A stretch of DNA of 32,000 nucleotides from Candidatus Methanophagaceae archaeon (lineage in GTDB: Archaea > Halobacteriota > Syntropharchaeia > Alkanophagales > Methanospirareceae): positions 700,444 to 732,443 of the forward strand of contig PQXB01000001.1 in assembly GCA_003194425.1 (NCBI GenBank), written 5' to 3'. Below the pieces are notes generated by a model. The model saw only the letters and a program-made list of their open reading frames with translations, was not told the origin of the DNA and searched no databases. Numbering within the stretch: the first letter of the stretch is position 1; every line of letters starts with the position of its first letter. This document shows positions 17,209 through 25,844 of the stretch, piece by piece. A program made the position numbers and the translations under genes.

Positions 17209-20200
17209 ATGCCGAAAGAATGGCTGAAAGAGGGCGAAGAAAGAGCGCGCTTCAGAAGCGAAGAGCAAAGACCGAATTTCGTGCGACTGGAAGAGGCGGT
17301 CTTGAACCGCTGGGAAAAAGACCGAACATTTGAGCAGAGCGTAGAACGGAGGAGGTGCGAGCGGCTGAACGGGGAGGAGGAGGGCTGCGAGAAGTTTGTT
17401 TTTGTCGAGGGACCGCCGACTGCGAACGGGCTGCCGCACCCGGGACACATTCTTACGAGGGTAGTGAAAGACCTCGTGCTGCGGTACAAAACGATGCAGG
17501 GGTTTCTCGTGGAGCGGAAGGCGGGCTGGGACACGCACGGGCTGCCGGTTGAGATTGAGGTTGAGAAGGAGCTGGGGCTGAACAGCAAGCGAGAGATTGA
17601 GGAGTTTGGAATTGAAGAGTTCAACCGCAAGTGCAAGGACTCGGTCTTCAGGTACGAGCGGGAGTGGGTAAGTGCGACGAAGCGGGTGGGGTTTTGGTTG
17701 GATATGAATTCGCCTTACATCACTTTTGAGAACGCTTACATTGAGTCGGTTTGGTGGTCGCTGAAGGAGATTTGGAAGAAGGGGCTGCTTTACAGGGGGC
17801 ACAAGGTCGTGCCGTACTGCCCGCGGTGCGAGACCACGCTGAGCAGCCACGAGGTCGCACAGGGCTACAAGGAGGTGGAAGACCCTTCTATTTTTGTGAG
17901 GTTCAGGCTGAAGCACGAGGACGCCTCTCTCTTAGCCTGGACGACGACGCCTTGGACTTTGTTTGGGAATGTCGCACTCGCGGTTCACCCCGAGCACACC
18001 TACGCGAAGGTGAGGCTAAAGGGAAGCAGGAAGGAGGAGATTTTGATTCTTGCGGAGGCGAGGTTGGAGGCTCTGGAGTTGGAGGGCTTGGAAGGCGAGT
18101 ACGAAGTAACCGAGCGGTTAAAAGGGTCGGATTTGGAAGGTAAGGAGTACGAACCGCTCTTTGAGGTAAGCGTAGAGGGCGAGGCTCACAAAGTAGTCAC
18201 TGCGGATTTCGTCAGTTTGGAGGAAGGCACGGGCGTCGTTCACATTGCACCCGCGTTCGGAGCAGACGACTACGAGGTCTGCAAGCAGAAGGGGCTCGGT
18301 TTCTCGCAGCCAGTGAACAGCAAAGGACGGTTCACGAGCGAGGTCCCGTCGTGGTTGAGGCTGGAGGGTGCCTTTGTGAAGGACGCGGACAGGCGAATAA
18401 TTGAGGTGCTTGAGCAGCGGGGTGTTTTGTTCAAGGAGAGTGCGTATTTGCACTCCTACCCGTTCTGCTGGCGGTGCGGGTCGCCGCTCTTGTACTACGC
18501 CCGCGAGTCGTGGTTCGTCGGAATGCGGTCGCTGCGGGACAGGTTGCTCGCGAACAACGAGAAGATAAACTGGTTTCCCGCACACCTGAAGCACGGCAGG
18601 TTTGGGAATTTTCTCGAGAGCATCGAGGACTGGGCGCTGAGCAGGGAGCGGTTCTGGGGAACGCCGTTGAACATTTGGGTCTGCGAGAAGTGCGGGACGG
18701 AGTGCTGCGTTGGAAGCGTGGCGGAGCTGAGAGAGAGGGCGACGAGTTCTGTTCCCAGCAACTTTGACCTTCACAGACCGGGAATTGACGAGGTGGTGCT
18801 GAAGTGCGAGGGGGAGGGGGGAGCGGGAGAGGGGTGCGGTGGAGAAATGAGGCGAGTAAAAGATGTAATTGACTGCTGGTACGACTCGGGCTCTGCCCCT
18901 TTCGCGCAGTGGCACTACCCGTTTGCGGAGGGCGAGGAAAAGGAGGGGAGAGAGGGAAAGGAGGGGAGAGAGGGAAAGGGGTTCAAGCAGAACTTCCCCG
19001 CAGATTTCATTACTGAAGCAATTGACCAGACGAGGGGCTGGTTCTACTCGCTCCTCGCGGTCTCGACTGCGATTTTCGACGCCCCGCCTTACTTGAATGT
19101 GCTCTCGCTGGGGCATATTTTAGACGAGAAGGGGGTGAAAATGAGCAAGAGCAAGGGGAACGTAGTCGACCTAAATTCGATCTTTACGGGCGAGGGAGCG
19201 GCGGGAGCGGACGCGTTGCGGTGGTACCTCTACACTGCAGGACCGCTGTGGGACGACATTCGGTTCTCTGAACCCGCGGTAAAAGAGAGGCAGAAGAAGT
19301 TCTTGAACACGCTCTGGAACTCCTACTTCTTCTTCGTCACCTACGCCAGTATCGACGAGTTCAACCCCGCAGAGACAGGGAAAATTCCGGTGGGCAAGAG
19401 GAGTGCGTTGGACAGGTGGGTCGTCTCGAGGCTGAACTCGCTCACGCAAGAGGTGGTCGGTGCGATTGAGCGTTTTGAAATCCACACCGCTGCACGGAAG
19501 ATTGAGGAGTTCGTGGTCGCTGACCTGAGCAACTGGTTCATTCGGAGGTCGCGGCGGCGGTTCTGGGTTCCTGAAGAGAACTTTGACAAGGACTGTGCGT
19601 ATTTGACGCTCTACGAGGTTCTCGTTTCGCTCTGCAAACTGCTCGCTCCTTTTGTGCCGTTTGTCACCGAGCACATTTACCAAAATCTCGTAGGAGCAGT
19701 CTCGGAAGAGGAAGAAGAGCGGGAAAGCGTGCATTTCTGCGACTACCCGTCGGCGGACGAGTCGCTTGTAGACGCGGAGTTGGAGGATTCAATGAGCACG
19801 GTCTCAAAATTGGTAGAAGCAGGCAGGCGAGCGAGGTCAGACGCGGGAATAAAAATACGACAGCCCTTGAATGAGGTTGTAGTCGTTTGCAGCGGGGAGA
19901 AGCAGGAGCGGAACAAACAGGAGCGGAACAAGGAAAGACAAGGACAGGCGAGGGGAGAGAGTGTGGTGAAGTTTGGTTTGGAGGAGGTAGTGCGGGAGGA
20001 GTTGAATGTTCGTGAGGTGAGGTTTGAGGAGGTCTTTGACGGAGGGAAAGAGTACAAGAAAGTAGAAGTGGAAGTGAACGGAGAGGACGGAGTGGGAACG
20101 AGTTTGTTTTTGGACACGAGTTTGGACAAGAATCTCCTGGAGGAAGGGCTGGTCAGAGACCTCGTGCGGAGGGTGCAAGGAATGAGGAAGGAGCTTGACT

Positions 20201-20406
20201 TGGAGTACACGGCGAGGATAAAAATTTCGTTCGTGGGCGACGAGGAGGTGAAAGAGGCGGTAAAAAATTTCTCAGACTACATTTGTGAGGAAACGCTCGC
20301 GGTGGGCATTGAGGAAGGTAAGCCGTCTGCCTCAAGTTCTGCGATTTACGAGAAGCGTTGGAAAATAGGAAAGAAACAGGTTCTTCTTGGAATTATTCGT
20401 ACTTAG
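17209..20406 (+). CDS. ileS: Isoleucyl-tRNA synthetase (archaeal type)
   Basis: FVFVEGPPTANGLPHPGHILTR (HIGH), AGWDTHGLPVEIEVEKELG, editing-domain region, VKMSKSKGN (KMSKS). 1065 aa. Contains short in-frame repeats (KEGREGKEGREGK near 18939-18980; QERNKQERNK near 19901-19930). Confidence 0.9.
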   Translation: MPKEWLKEGEERARFRSEEQRPNFVRLEEAVLNRWEKDRTFEQSVERRRCERLNGEEEGCEKFVFVEGPPTANGLPHPGHILTRVVKDLVLRYKTMQGFLVERKAGWDTHGLPVEIEVEKELGLNSKREIEEFGIEEFNRKCKDSVFRYEREWVSATKRVGFWLDMNSPYITFENAYIESVWWSLKEIWKKGLLYRGHKVVPYCPRCETTLSSHEVAQGYKEVEDPSIFVRFRLKHEDASLLAWTTTPWTLFGNVALAVHPEHTYAKVRLKGSRKEEILILAEARLEALELEGLEGEYEVTERLKGSDLEGKEYEPLFEVSVEGEAHKVVTADFVSLEEGTGVVHIAPAFGADDYEVCKQKGLGFSQPVNSKGRFTSEVPSWLRLEGAFVKDADRRIIEVLEQRGVLFKESAYLHSYPFCWRCGSPLLYYARESWFVGMRSLRDRLLANNEKINWFPAHLKHGRFGNFLESIEDWALSRERFWGTPLNIWVCEKCGTECCVGSVAELRERATSSVPSNFDLHRPGIDEVVLKCEGEGGAGEGCGGEMRRVKDVIDCWYDSGSAPFAQWHYPFAEGEEKEGREGKEGREGKGFKQNFPADFITEAIDQTRGWFYSLLAVSTAIFDAPPYLNVLSLGHILDEKGVKMSKSKGNVVDLNSIFTGEGAAGADALRWYLYTAGPLWDDIRFSEPAVKERQKKFLNTLWNSYFFFVTYASIDEFNPAETGKIPVGKRSALDRWVVSRLNSLTQEVVGAIERFEIHTAARKIEEFVVADLSNWFIRRSRRRFWVPEENFDKDCAYLTLYEVLVSLCKLLAPFVPFVTEHIYQNLVGAVSEEEEERESVHFCDYPSADESLVDAELEDSMSTVSKLVEAGRRARSDAGIKIRQPLNEVVVVCSGEKQERNKQERNKERQGQARGESVVKFGLEEVVREELNVREVRFEEVFDGGKEYKKVEVEVNGEDGVGTSLFLDTSLDKNLLEEGLVRDLVRRVQGMRKELDLEYTARIKISFVGDEEVKEAVKNFSDYICEETLAVGIEEGKPSASSSAIYEKRWKIGKKQVLLGIIRT

Positions 20407-20833
20407 AAGGGCATTTAAGCAGCAACTGCGTCGCGTTAAGGTGGCTGGGCGAAGTGAGCGTGCCGACGGCGACTACTTTTCGACCCTCTTTTAAGCCTTG
20501 CGGTTGCACTCCAGAATATTCAACCACAATTCTTGCTCGCTCGTTGTCCCCGCTCACTCCTCCGTCCCCTCCCCCGTCTCCAGTGCCACCGTCGGTAAGG
20601 CTAAAGAGCAGCGAGCCGTCTTCTCGCAGAGTAAGAGAGCCGTTGGCGACGGTTGCTAAAATCTGAACCTCTTTGTTGAGGAATTTGTTTTTCCCTCCGT
20701 CTCCTTCACCCACCACTTCGGAGACCGTCAAGTAGGGGTTGAGGTAAGACGAGAAGGCGTCGTAAGCGAGTAGGGCGCTCACGAGAACTAAACCGAGAAC
20801 GACCGCGTGAACAGGCTTAAATTTAAAATTCAT
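20393..20833 (-). CDS. ccmE: Cytochrome c-type biogenesis heme chaperone CcmE, CxxxY variant
   Basis: N-terminal membrane anchor, then an OB-fold-like pattern (YLTVSEVV..., VQILATVANGSL, FSLTD, IVVEYSGVQPQGLKEGRKVVAVG). The C-terminal LLKCPSKYE carries C-P-S-K-Y in place of the bacterial HxxxY heme-binding motif. The 3' end overlaps ileS by 14 nt (convergent). Confidence 0.8.
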   Translation of the reverse strand: MNFKFKPVHAVVLGLVLVSALLAYDAFSSYLNPYLTVSEVVGEGDGGKNKFLNKEVQILATVANGSLTLREDGSLLFSLTDGGTGDGGGDGGVSGDNERARIVVEYSGVQPQGLKEGRKVVAVGTLTSPSHLNATQLLLKCPSKYE

Positions 20834-20985
20834 TTTCCCACCCTCTCCTCTCTTCCTCCCTCTTTCTCCTTCCGCTCCAAGTCCGCAACCCGCTCTTTAA
20901 GCCTGGACAACCCCCTGTTCAGCCAAACAAAGACCGCCAAAAGTGTAGTCCAGTAAATTACCGAAACGACAAAAGACTCAAACAT
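20830..20985 (-). CDS. ccmD: Small membrane protein, CcmD-like (heme exporter protein D)
   Basis: Not in the track (51 aa): MFESFVVSVIYWTTLLAVFVWLNRGLSRLKERVADLERKEKEGGREERVGK. It has a single TM followed by a charged tail. It starts 1 nt after the ccmC stop and its TGA overlaps the ccmE ATG (ATGA). Position and topology fit CcmD. Confidence 0.55.
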   Translation of the reverse strand: MFESFVVSVIYWTTLLAVFVWLNRGLSRLKERVADLERKEKEGGREERVGK

Positions 20986-20986
20986 T

Positions 20987-21769
20987 TTAGACTGCTCCTC
21001 CTTCTCCTCTCACTTCTCCTCCTTCTCCTCCTTCTCCTCCTTCTCCTTTTCTGTAAATTAACGCTTCTACGCGGTCTTCTAACGACCAAACCGAGTAGGC
21101 GGTCGTCAAAAGGTAAGCGAAGAACAGTGTGGCTGCCAAGAGGTTCAAATACAAAACCGCCTGCACCGGTGCGGAGGAAGAGACTTTTGAGGCTTGAGGG
21201 TGCAGCGAGAGCAGGAGCGTTGCCGACAAAAAACTCAGTGGAATTGTAGAGAACGCAAGAATGTTGTAGACCGCGCCCACGACCGCTCGCTTCTCAACGC
21301 TCCCGATTGAGCGTTTCACCGAGAGGTAGCCCACGTACGCGACCCAGAGAATTAGCGTCGTCGTCTCCCGTGGGTCCCAGTTCCAGTACGCCCCCCACGC
21401 TGCTTCCGCCCAGACCGCGCCCGAAATCAAGGCGACCGCACCGTAAACCAGCCCCAAAACCGCCGACACCTCTGCCAGCCTGTCCAACTTGTCCAACTTC
21501 TCCAACCGGTCTAACTTCTCCAACCTCTTCGACTCGTCTGCCGACTTGCCCAAATTGTTTTTTGCAGCCAAAAAGCCGACGCTCGCGAGCAGAGAAATCG
21601 AGAAAGCGAGGTAGCAGATCCAGGCTGTAGGCACGTGTAGGTACAAGAAAAAAATGTCGCTCCTTTCCGCCTGCACCCCGGGGCCGAGGTAAGCAGCGTA
21701 AGAGGCGACTACGCTTACTGCTACGGCGACGCAGAGGAGAATGTTCTGCCCAACTGCACTTGTTTTCAT
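20987..21769 (-). CDS. ccmC: Heme exporter/heme lyase-like protein CcmC
   Basis: LHVPTAW (conserved His), tryptophan-rich WWD motif WGAYWNWDPRETTTLILW, and a second conserved His in LLLSLHPQ. Contains an inserted LEKLDRLEKLDKLDRL repeat and a C-terminal GEGGEGGEGGE tail. Confidence 0.85.
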   Translation of the reverse strand: MKTSAVGQNILLCVAVAVSVVASYAAYLGPGVQAERSDIFFLYLHVPTAWICYLAFSISLLASVGFLAAKNNLGKSADESKRLEKLDRLEKLDKLDRLAEVSAVLGLVYGAVALISGAVWAEAAWGAYWNWDPRETTTLILWVAYVGYLSVKRSIGSVEKRAVVGAVYNILAFSTIPLSFLSATLLLSLHPQASKVSSSAPVQAVLYLNLLAATLFFAYLLTTAYSVWSLEDRVEALIYRKGEGGEGGEGGEVRGEGGAV

Positions 21770-21773
21770 TTTT

Positions 21774-22640
21774 CTAATATTTTATCCTCTTGTTTAAAAT
21801 AAAAATTATTAAGGCTGCTGCTAAACCTTCAACCAGCCCAAAGCCTGGAATTAAGAACGTTTTGCTTGTTTCCTGCGGTGTTGGTGCAGGCGAGGCTGCC
21901 GGCGTTGGTGTAAGGGGTAGTGTTGGGTTTGGCGTTGGACTTGGCGTTGGACTTGGTGTTAATCTCGGGCTTGGTGAAGGCAGGGGAAGGGATTCCGCAG
22001 AGACTACGCTAACCGTCTTTTCTACTTCACCCGCGGAAATCAAAAATTCCCCAAACGGAACTCCCTCTGTGCTGAGATTAAGCAGGAAATCGCCGTTCGA
22101 ATCCGCGGTAACTTTGATTGACATTTCGCTCTTCAAGACCACCGCGGTCGCCCCCTCCGCAGCGGCGCCGTAGACCTTGACATTCTTTCTACCTGAAATG
22201 TCTATTTTTGTCCCGTGCATTCTTGCTGGAAATGAAATAGAAAGCGTGGCAACACCGTCCTCCGTTGCGTCTTCAGGTCCTGACAAAGGGTATTCAATCG
22301 TGTGCCAGAACACCGGACTTAACGAAACCCTGATATTTTTTACATTCTCCGCGGTTACCGAGAACCTCTTCTCTCCAGCCGGGAAGTGGACGCCTGCAAA
22401 CTCGCAAGCGTATTTTCCGTCAGAAACGGAGACGGGCAGAGAGAACTCAAAAGATGAACTTAACCAAACCGCCTCGTTTGGCGCCGCCTTCCCGGAAATT
22501 GACGCTTCTCTGCCTTGCAAAATCTCGGAAGGGCCGTTCAATTCCGTTACCTCTGCACTCGTGGAGGAGATAAAAAAGGAGGCAGAGAGAGCCAGTAAAA
22601 GCAGAAATGCCGCCAACCGTGTAGATCTTCTTGTCTTCAT
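21774..22640 (-). CDS. Secreted surface protein with PT-rich linker and PGF-CTERM archaeosortase sorting signal
   Basis: Signal peptide MKTRRSTRLAAFLLLLALSASFFISSTSA. Beta-rich body. Linker PSPSPRLTPSPTPSPTPNPTLPLTPTPAASPAPTP. C-terminus IPGFGLVEGLAAALIIFILNKRIKY (PGF motif, TM, basic tail). The stop lies 4 nt before the ccmC ATG. Confidence 0.7.
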   Translation of the reverse strand: MKTRRSTRLAAFLLLLALSASFFISSTSAEVTELNGPSEILQGREASISGKAAPNEAVWLSSSFEFSLPVSVSDGKYACEFAGVHFPAGEKRFSVTAENVKNIRVSLSPVFWHTIEYPLSGPEDATEDGVATLSISFPARMHGTKIDISGRKNVKVYGAAAEGATAVVLKSEMSIKVTADSNGDFLLNLSTEGVPFGEFLISAGEVEKTVSVVSAESLPLPSPSPRLTPSPTPSPTPNPTLPLTPTPAASPAPTPQETSKTFLIPGFGLVEGLAAALIIFILNKRIKY

Positions 22641-22702
22641 TTCTTTATCAATTTCATAAAAAATAAAAAGGTGAGTAAAAAAGGAAAACGCGCCAAAACT
22701 TT

Positions 22703-24103
22703 TTAGTTCCTTTTTCGCCTTCTCGTCGCACCCTCTCTGACTGCAAGAACGACCGCCAGCAGCCCAATCATCGCCGTTAGCCCAGTCGTAGTGAACTCTG
22801 GCACTGGCATTGGTGGTTTTGGACCCCCTACACCGCCGGGGTCTTCGATTTTTCCGTCTTTACCTAAATCGTCGTCTCCTCTCTCCCCGTCGACAAAATG
22901 CAGTGTCACTTCTTTGCCGTCAATCTTCGCCCCTGTCCCTGTCGTTTCGTCGTACATAAATTTGTACCAGTGCTTCGTGTGGTTGTCTGGCGTCCGTCCG
23001 TACTTCCAATATTCTGCCTCCGCAGGCAAATCAGAAGGCAGAACGATTTTTACAGTAGCGTTCCCGCCAGCGGACGAGAGGTTTTTTATTGTGAACGAGA
23101 AGAAGCCGTGCGGGAACTCTACGCCACTCGGCTTGCCCTCTTCTGGCAGCGTCTCCTCCGCCACCGCTTCTACACGCTCAAAGTAACCGTCGGTCGTCTC
23201 GAAAGTCGCAAATTCCTCTCCAGGTGGTGCGGTGTCCAACTTGACCTCCACTCGAATTGTGCCGTTCTTCGCTCCGCCGTTTGAGGCTACGGCAATTGTG
23301 CCGGTCTTTATGCCACCGCTCGAAAGTTTTGTCTTGTCGATTGACACAGTTACGGTTGTGTTAGTCCCTGAAGAAGGCGAGACCGAAATCCAAGGCTTAC
23401 TTGCTGTTACAGTCCAATTTAACGTAGTGCCTGGGTCTCCACAATTGGTTATTTTAAAAGTCCATTCCCGCATCTCGCCTGGTTTGACAATTCCAAAGTT
23501 GTGCGAGAGCGAGTCTGGTGCGGTGCAAAGTAGCGGACCCAGAGTCGGCGTTGGAGTTGGCGTCGGTGTTGGCGTCGGTGTTGGAGTTGGAGTTGGCGTC
23601 GGTGGTGTGCCCAAAATAGTGAAAAACCCGTTCCTTAAAGAAACTACAGGAATGTCCGTCATCGTCGGATCCTGCAACTTCACGTCTGTCAGTTCCAGCG
23701 GACTCGTGTCGCCGGCAACACCCTTCGCCTGCAAAGTGACATCACAGATTTTTACATCTCCGTTCAAGCCTGTAGAGAATTGCATTGCATTTATCACTAC
23801 CCAGCCCGGTCCTGTCTCCGTCGGTGGGTTCTGCGGCGGAAGGTCAAAATCGCTACTCGTGTCTGTAGCGGTGACTGTGACCACGGTCTCGTCGAAAGTC
23901 AAGTTGACCTCTACACTGCCCGCGTTCGTCACATCTTTTATCATCAGCGGGACGACAGCAGTTTCACCAGGGTCTGCAGAGCCGTCGCCGATTTCAATTG
24001 TCGTCGCTGCTACCACTGTTACCGCTGTTGCCGCTGTCAAGACGAAAGCCGTGGAGACTAACACTGAAATTGCTAACGCTGCTAAAAACCTCTCTTTACT
24101 CAT
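22703..24103 (-). CDS. Secreted cohesin-domain protein with PT linker, two beta-sandwich domains and a PEF-CTERM-like anchor
   Basis: Signal peptide, then a cohesin-like module TIEIGDGSADPGETAVVPLMIKDVTNAGSVEVNLTFDETVV...GDVKICDVTLQAKGVAGDTSPLELTDVKLQD. Then (PT)n. Then a domain ending HFVDGERGDDDLGKDGKIEDPGG. C-terminus VPEFTTTGLTAMIGLLAVVLAV...RRRKRN. Confidence 0.7.
   Translation of the reverse strand: MSKERFLAALAISVLVSTAFVLTAATAVTVVAATTIEIGDGSADPGETAVVPLMIKDVTNAGSVEVNLTFDETVVTVTATDTSSDFDLPPQNPPTETGPGWVVINAMQFSTGLNGDVKICDVTLQAKGVAGDTSPLELTDVKLQDPTMTDIPVVSLRNGFFTILGTPPTPTPTPTPTPTPTPTPTPTLGPLLCTAPDSLSHNFGIVKPGEMREWTFKITNCGDPGTTLNWTVTASKPWISVSPSSGTNTTVTVSIDKTKLSSGGIKTGTIAVASNGGAKNGTIRVEVKLDTAPPGEEFATFETTDGYFERVEAVAEETLPEEGKPSGVEFPHGFFSFTIKNLSSAGGNATVKIVLPSDLPAEAEYWKYGRTPDNHTKHWYKFMYDETTGTGAKIDGKEVTLHFVDGERGDDDLGKDGKIEDPGGVGGPKPPMPVPEFTTTGLTAMIGLLAVVLAVREGATRRRKRN
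23627..24018 (-). repeat. Cohesin-coding repeat, copy A (near-identical to 27358-27749; shorter match to 25379-25722)
   Basis: By-eye alignment at a constant offset of 3731 nt to copy C shows only scattered mismatches over about 390 nt. Confidence 0.85.
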
Positions 24104-24816
24104 CTTTTTCTTTTCCTTCGCAACCCCTCTACTTTGAGACAGAGCACAAAAACAGCTACAACCAGCCCCTCTGCAGCTAACGAGGAACCGACTCCGCTCA
24201 GTCCTAGTGCAGGAATTCCCCAGGCAGAACCGCCGCGGATTTTTAATTTCCCGTCATTTACGGTTTTTATTCGCAAGCCTTGCATTTGCATATTTTCTAA
24301 TTTCACCTCCGTCAAGTGCAACGGACTCTTTCCGCCACCTCTGCCAACCGCTTTAAAAGTGACATCACAGATTTTCACATCCCCGTTCAACGGCGGCTTC
24401 ACGACCTGCCCCGCGTTTATTCTTACCCAACCCGGCCCTCGGTCGTAAGGCGGGTCCTGTGGCGGAATTTCAAAAGAACTGTTCGTGCAGTTGACAACCG
24501 TGACCACCGACTCGTCGAAAGTCAGGTTGACCTCTACTGCTGCTACTTCTGTCGCACCTTTGATCACAAGAGGCACAACAATTGTCTCGCTAACGTTTAC
24601 GAGACCCTCGCCGATTGAGACTGTCGCCGCCGTTCCTCCGCCTCCTGTCTCTGCTGCTACCACTACCCCTACTCCTGTCTCTGCTGCTGCTACCTCTACC
24701 GCCGCTGCCGCCGTTGTCAAGACGAAAGATGCGGAGACTAACACTGAAATTGCTAACGCTGACGCTACTAAAATCCTACCTCTTCCTCCCTCTTTTCTAG
24801 CTACTGCCTCTTTCAT
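24100..24816 (-). CDS. Secreted, membrane-anchored protein with a divergent cohesin domain
   Basis: Signal/TM region ILVASALAISVLVSASFVL. The cohesin-like module VSIGEGLVNVSETIVVPLVIKGATEVAAVEVNLTFDESVV...GDVKICDVTFKAVG...LHLTEVKLEN is homologous to its neighbours but diverged. C-terminal TM plus RRKRKR tail. ATGA overlap with the downstream gene. Confidence 0.65.
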   Translation of the reverse strand: MKEAVARKEGGRGRILVASALAISVLVSASFVLTTAAAAVEVAAAETGVGVVVAAETGGGGTAATVSIGEGLVNVSETIVVPLVIKGATEVAAVEVNLTFDESVVTVVNCTNSSFEIPPQDPPYDRGPGWVRINAGQVVKPPLNGDVKICDVTFKAVGRGGGKSPLHLTEVKLENMQMQGLRIKTVNDGKLKIRGGSAWGIPALGLSGVGSSLAAEGLVVAVFVLCLKVEGLRRKRKR

Positions 24817-24829
24817 TTTTCCTACTGCT

Positions 24830-24869
24830 AAAAAAATAAAAAAAGGTGAGTAAAAAAAGAAAACTCACC
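24830..24869 (-). terminator. Hairpin plus oligo-T (terminator/attenuator-like) between two cohesin genes
   Basis: Minus strand: ggtgagt-(11-nt loop)-actcacc followed by ttttttttattttttt. It starts about 10 nt after the stop of 24879..25844. A decayed homolog of the same intergenic sequence lies at about 22660-22700. Confidence 0.4.
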
Positions 24870-24878
24870 CAAAATTTT

Positions 24879-25844
24879 TCAGTTCTTTTTTCGCCTTTTT
24901 GCTGCGTTCCTACTCGCACTACTCGCAAGCACAACCGTAAGAGCACTGATTACTACTGCTAATCCCATTCCATTCAGCCCTGGCACTGCTACAGGCGCCG
25001 GCGGTTTCGCACTCGTCGTGAACGAATATTTGTCCTGGGGCATCGCGTTTGGTGGTGTGTTTAGATCTGCGGCGTCGACCGTTACCCACACTACTTGCCC
25101 GTAACCGAAATCGGTTGTCGGCTTGTAAGTGAGGGTGTAGTCTGCTGTCGTTCCTGTAATCGTTGGGGTTACTACCTGCCCGTTGACTTTCATCACTATC
25201 GTGCTTTGATCCACGCCTTTACCGTCGTCCTTGACATGCACTACGATTTCCGTGTCTGTTGGGACATTCGTTGCTCCGTCTGCGGGATCCCACCCTGTCG
25301 TGTAAGGCGTCCCTGCTTCCAGAATTTTAAAGTCCCCATCAGACAGAAATACTGGAAAAATGTCTGACCCCCCAATGTCCTGCAACTTCACGTCTGTCAG
25401 TTCCAGCGGGCTCGTGTCGCCGGCAACACCCTTCGCCTGCAAAGTGACATCACAGATTTTCACATCTCCGTCCAAGCCTGTAGAGAATTGCATTGCATTT
25501 ATTACTACCCAGCCCGGTCCTCTCTGCGTCGGTGGGTTCTGCGGCGGAAGGTCAAAATCGCTACTCGTGTCTGTGCCGGTAACATTTACCACGGTCTCGT
25601 CGAAAGTCAAGTTGACCTCTACACTGCCCGCGTTCGTTACATCTTTTATCATCAGCGGGACAACCGCCGTTCCGTTGGGCTCTGCAGAGCCGTCGCCGAT
25701 TTCAATTGTCGTCGCTGCTGCTACGGTTGCTGGCAATAAGAAGGCTGCTAACAACAGTGCAGACAGTGCAAAGAACACTGTCGCCGCAGTCTTCCTATTT
25801 TCGTCTCTTCTTCTTGTTCCTGGTCTTTTACTTGAGTATTTCAT
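24879..25844 (-). CDS. Secreted cohesin-domain protein with SbsA/Big_5-like Ig domain and C-terminal TM/basic anchor
   Basis: Signal peptide. Cohesin module nearly identical to the neighbours. Then WDPADGATNVPTDTEIVVHVKDDGKGVDQSTIVMKVNG...YTLTYKPTTDFGYGQVVWVTVDAADL (SbsA-Ig-like pattern). C-terminus VPGLNGMGLAVVISALTVVLA...KRRKKN. Confidence 0.65.
   Translation of the reverse strand: MKYSSKRPGTRRRDENRKTAATVFFALSALLLAAFLLPATVAAATTIEIGDGSAEPNGTAVVPLMIKDVTNAGSVEVNLTFDETVVNVTGTDTSSDFDLPPQNPPTQRGPGWVVINAMQFSTGLDGDVKICDVTLQAKGVAGDTSPLELTDVKLQDIGGSDIFPVFLSDGDFKILEAGTPYTTGWDPADGATNVPTDTEIVVHVKDDGKGVDQSTIVMKVNGQVVTPTITGTTADYTLTYKPTTDFGYGQVVWVTVDAADLNTPPNAMPQDKYSFTTSAKPPAPVAVPGLNGMGLAVVISALTVVLASSASRNAAKRRKKN
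25379..25722 (-). repeat. Cohesin-coding repeat, copy B
   Basis: Aligns to copy A at a constant 1708-nt offset with few mismatches, apart from two short diverged patches. Confidence 0.8.

Noticed and set aside
17176-19116. Long minus-strand ORFs (17176..17916 at 246 aa; 18118..19116 at 332 aa) antisense to ileS
   Set aside because: They lie entirely inside a confidently identified IleRS gene. Their translations are low-complexity (P/R/L-rich) with no recognisable motifs. This is a typical mirror-frame artefact of GC-rich, codon-biased DNA.
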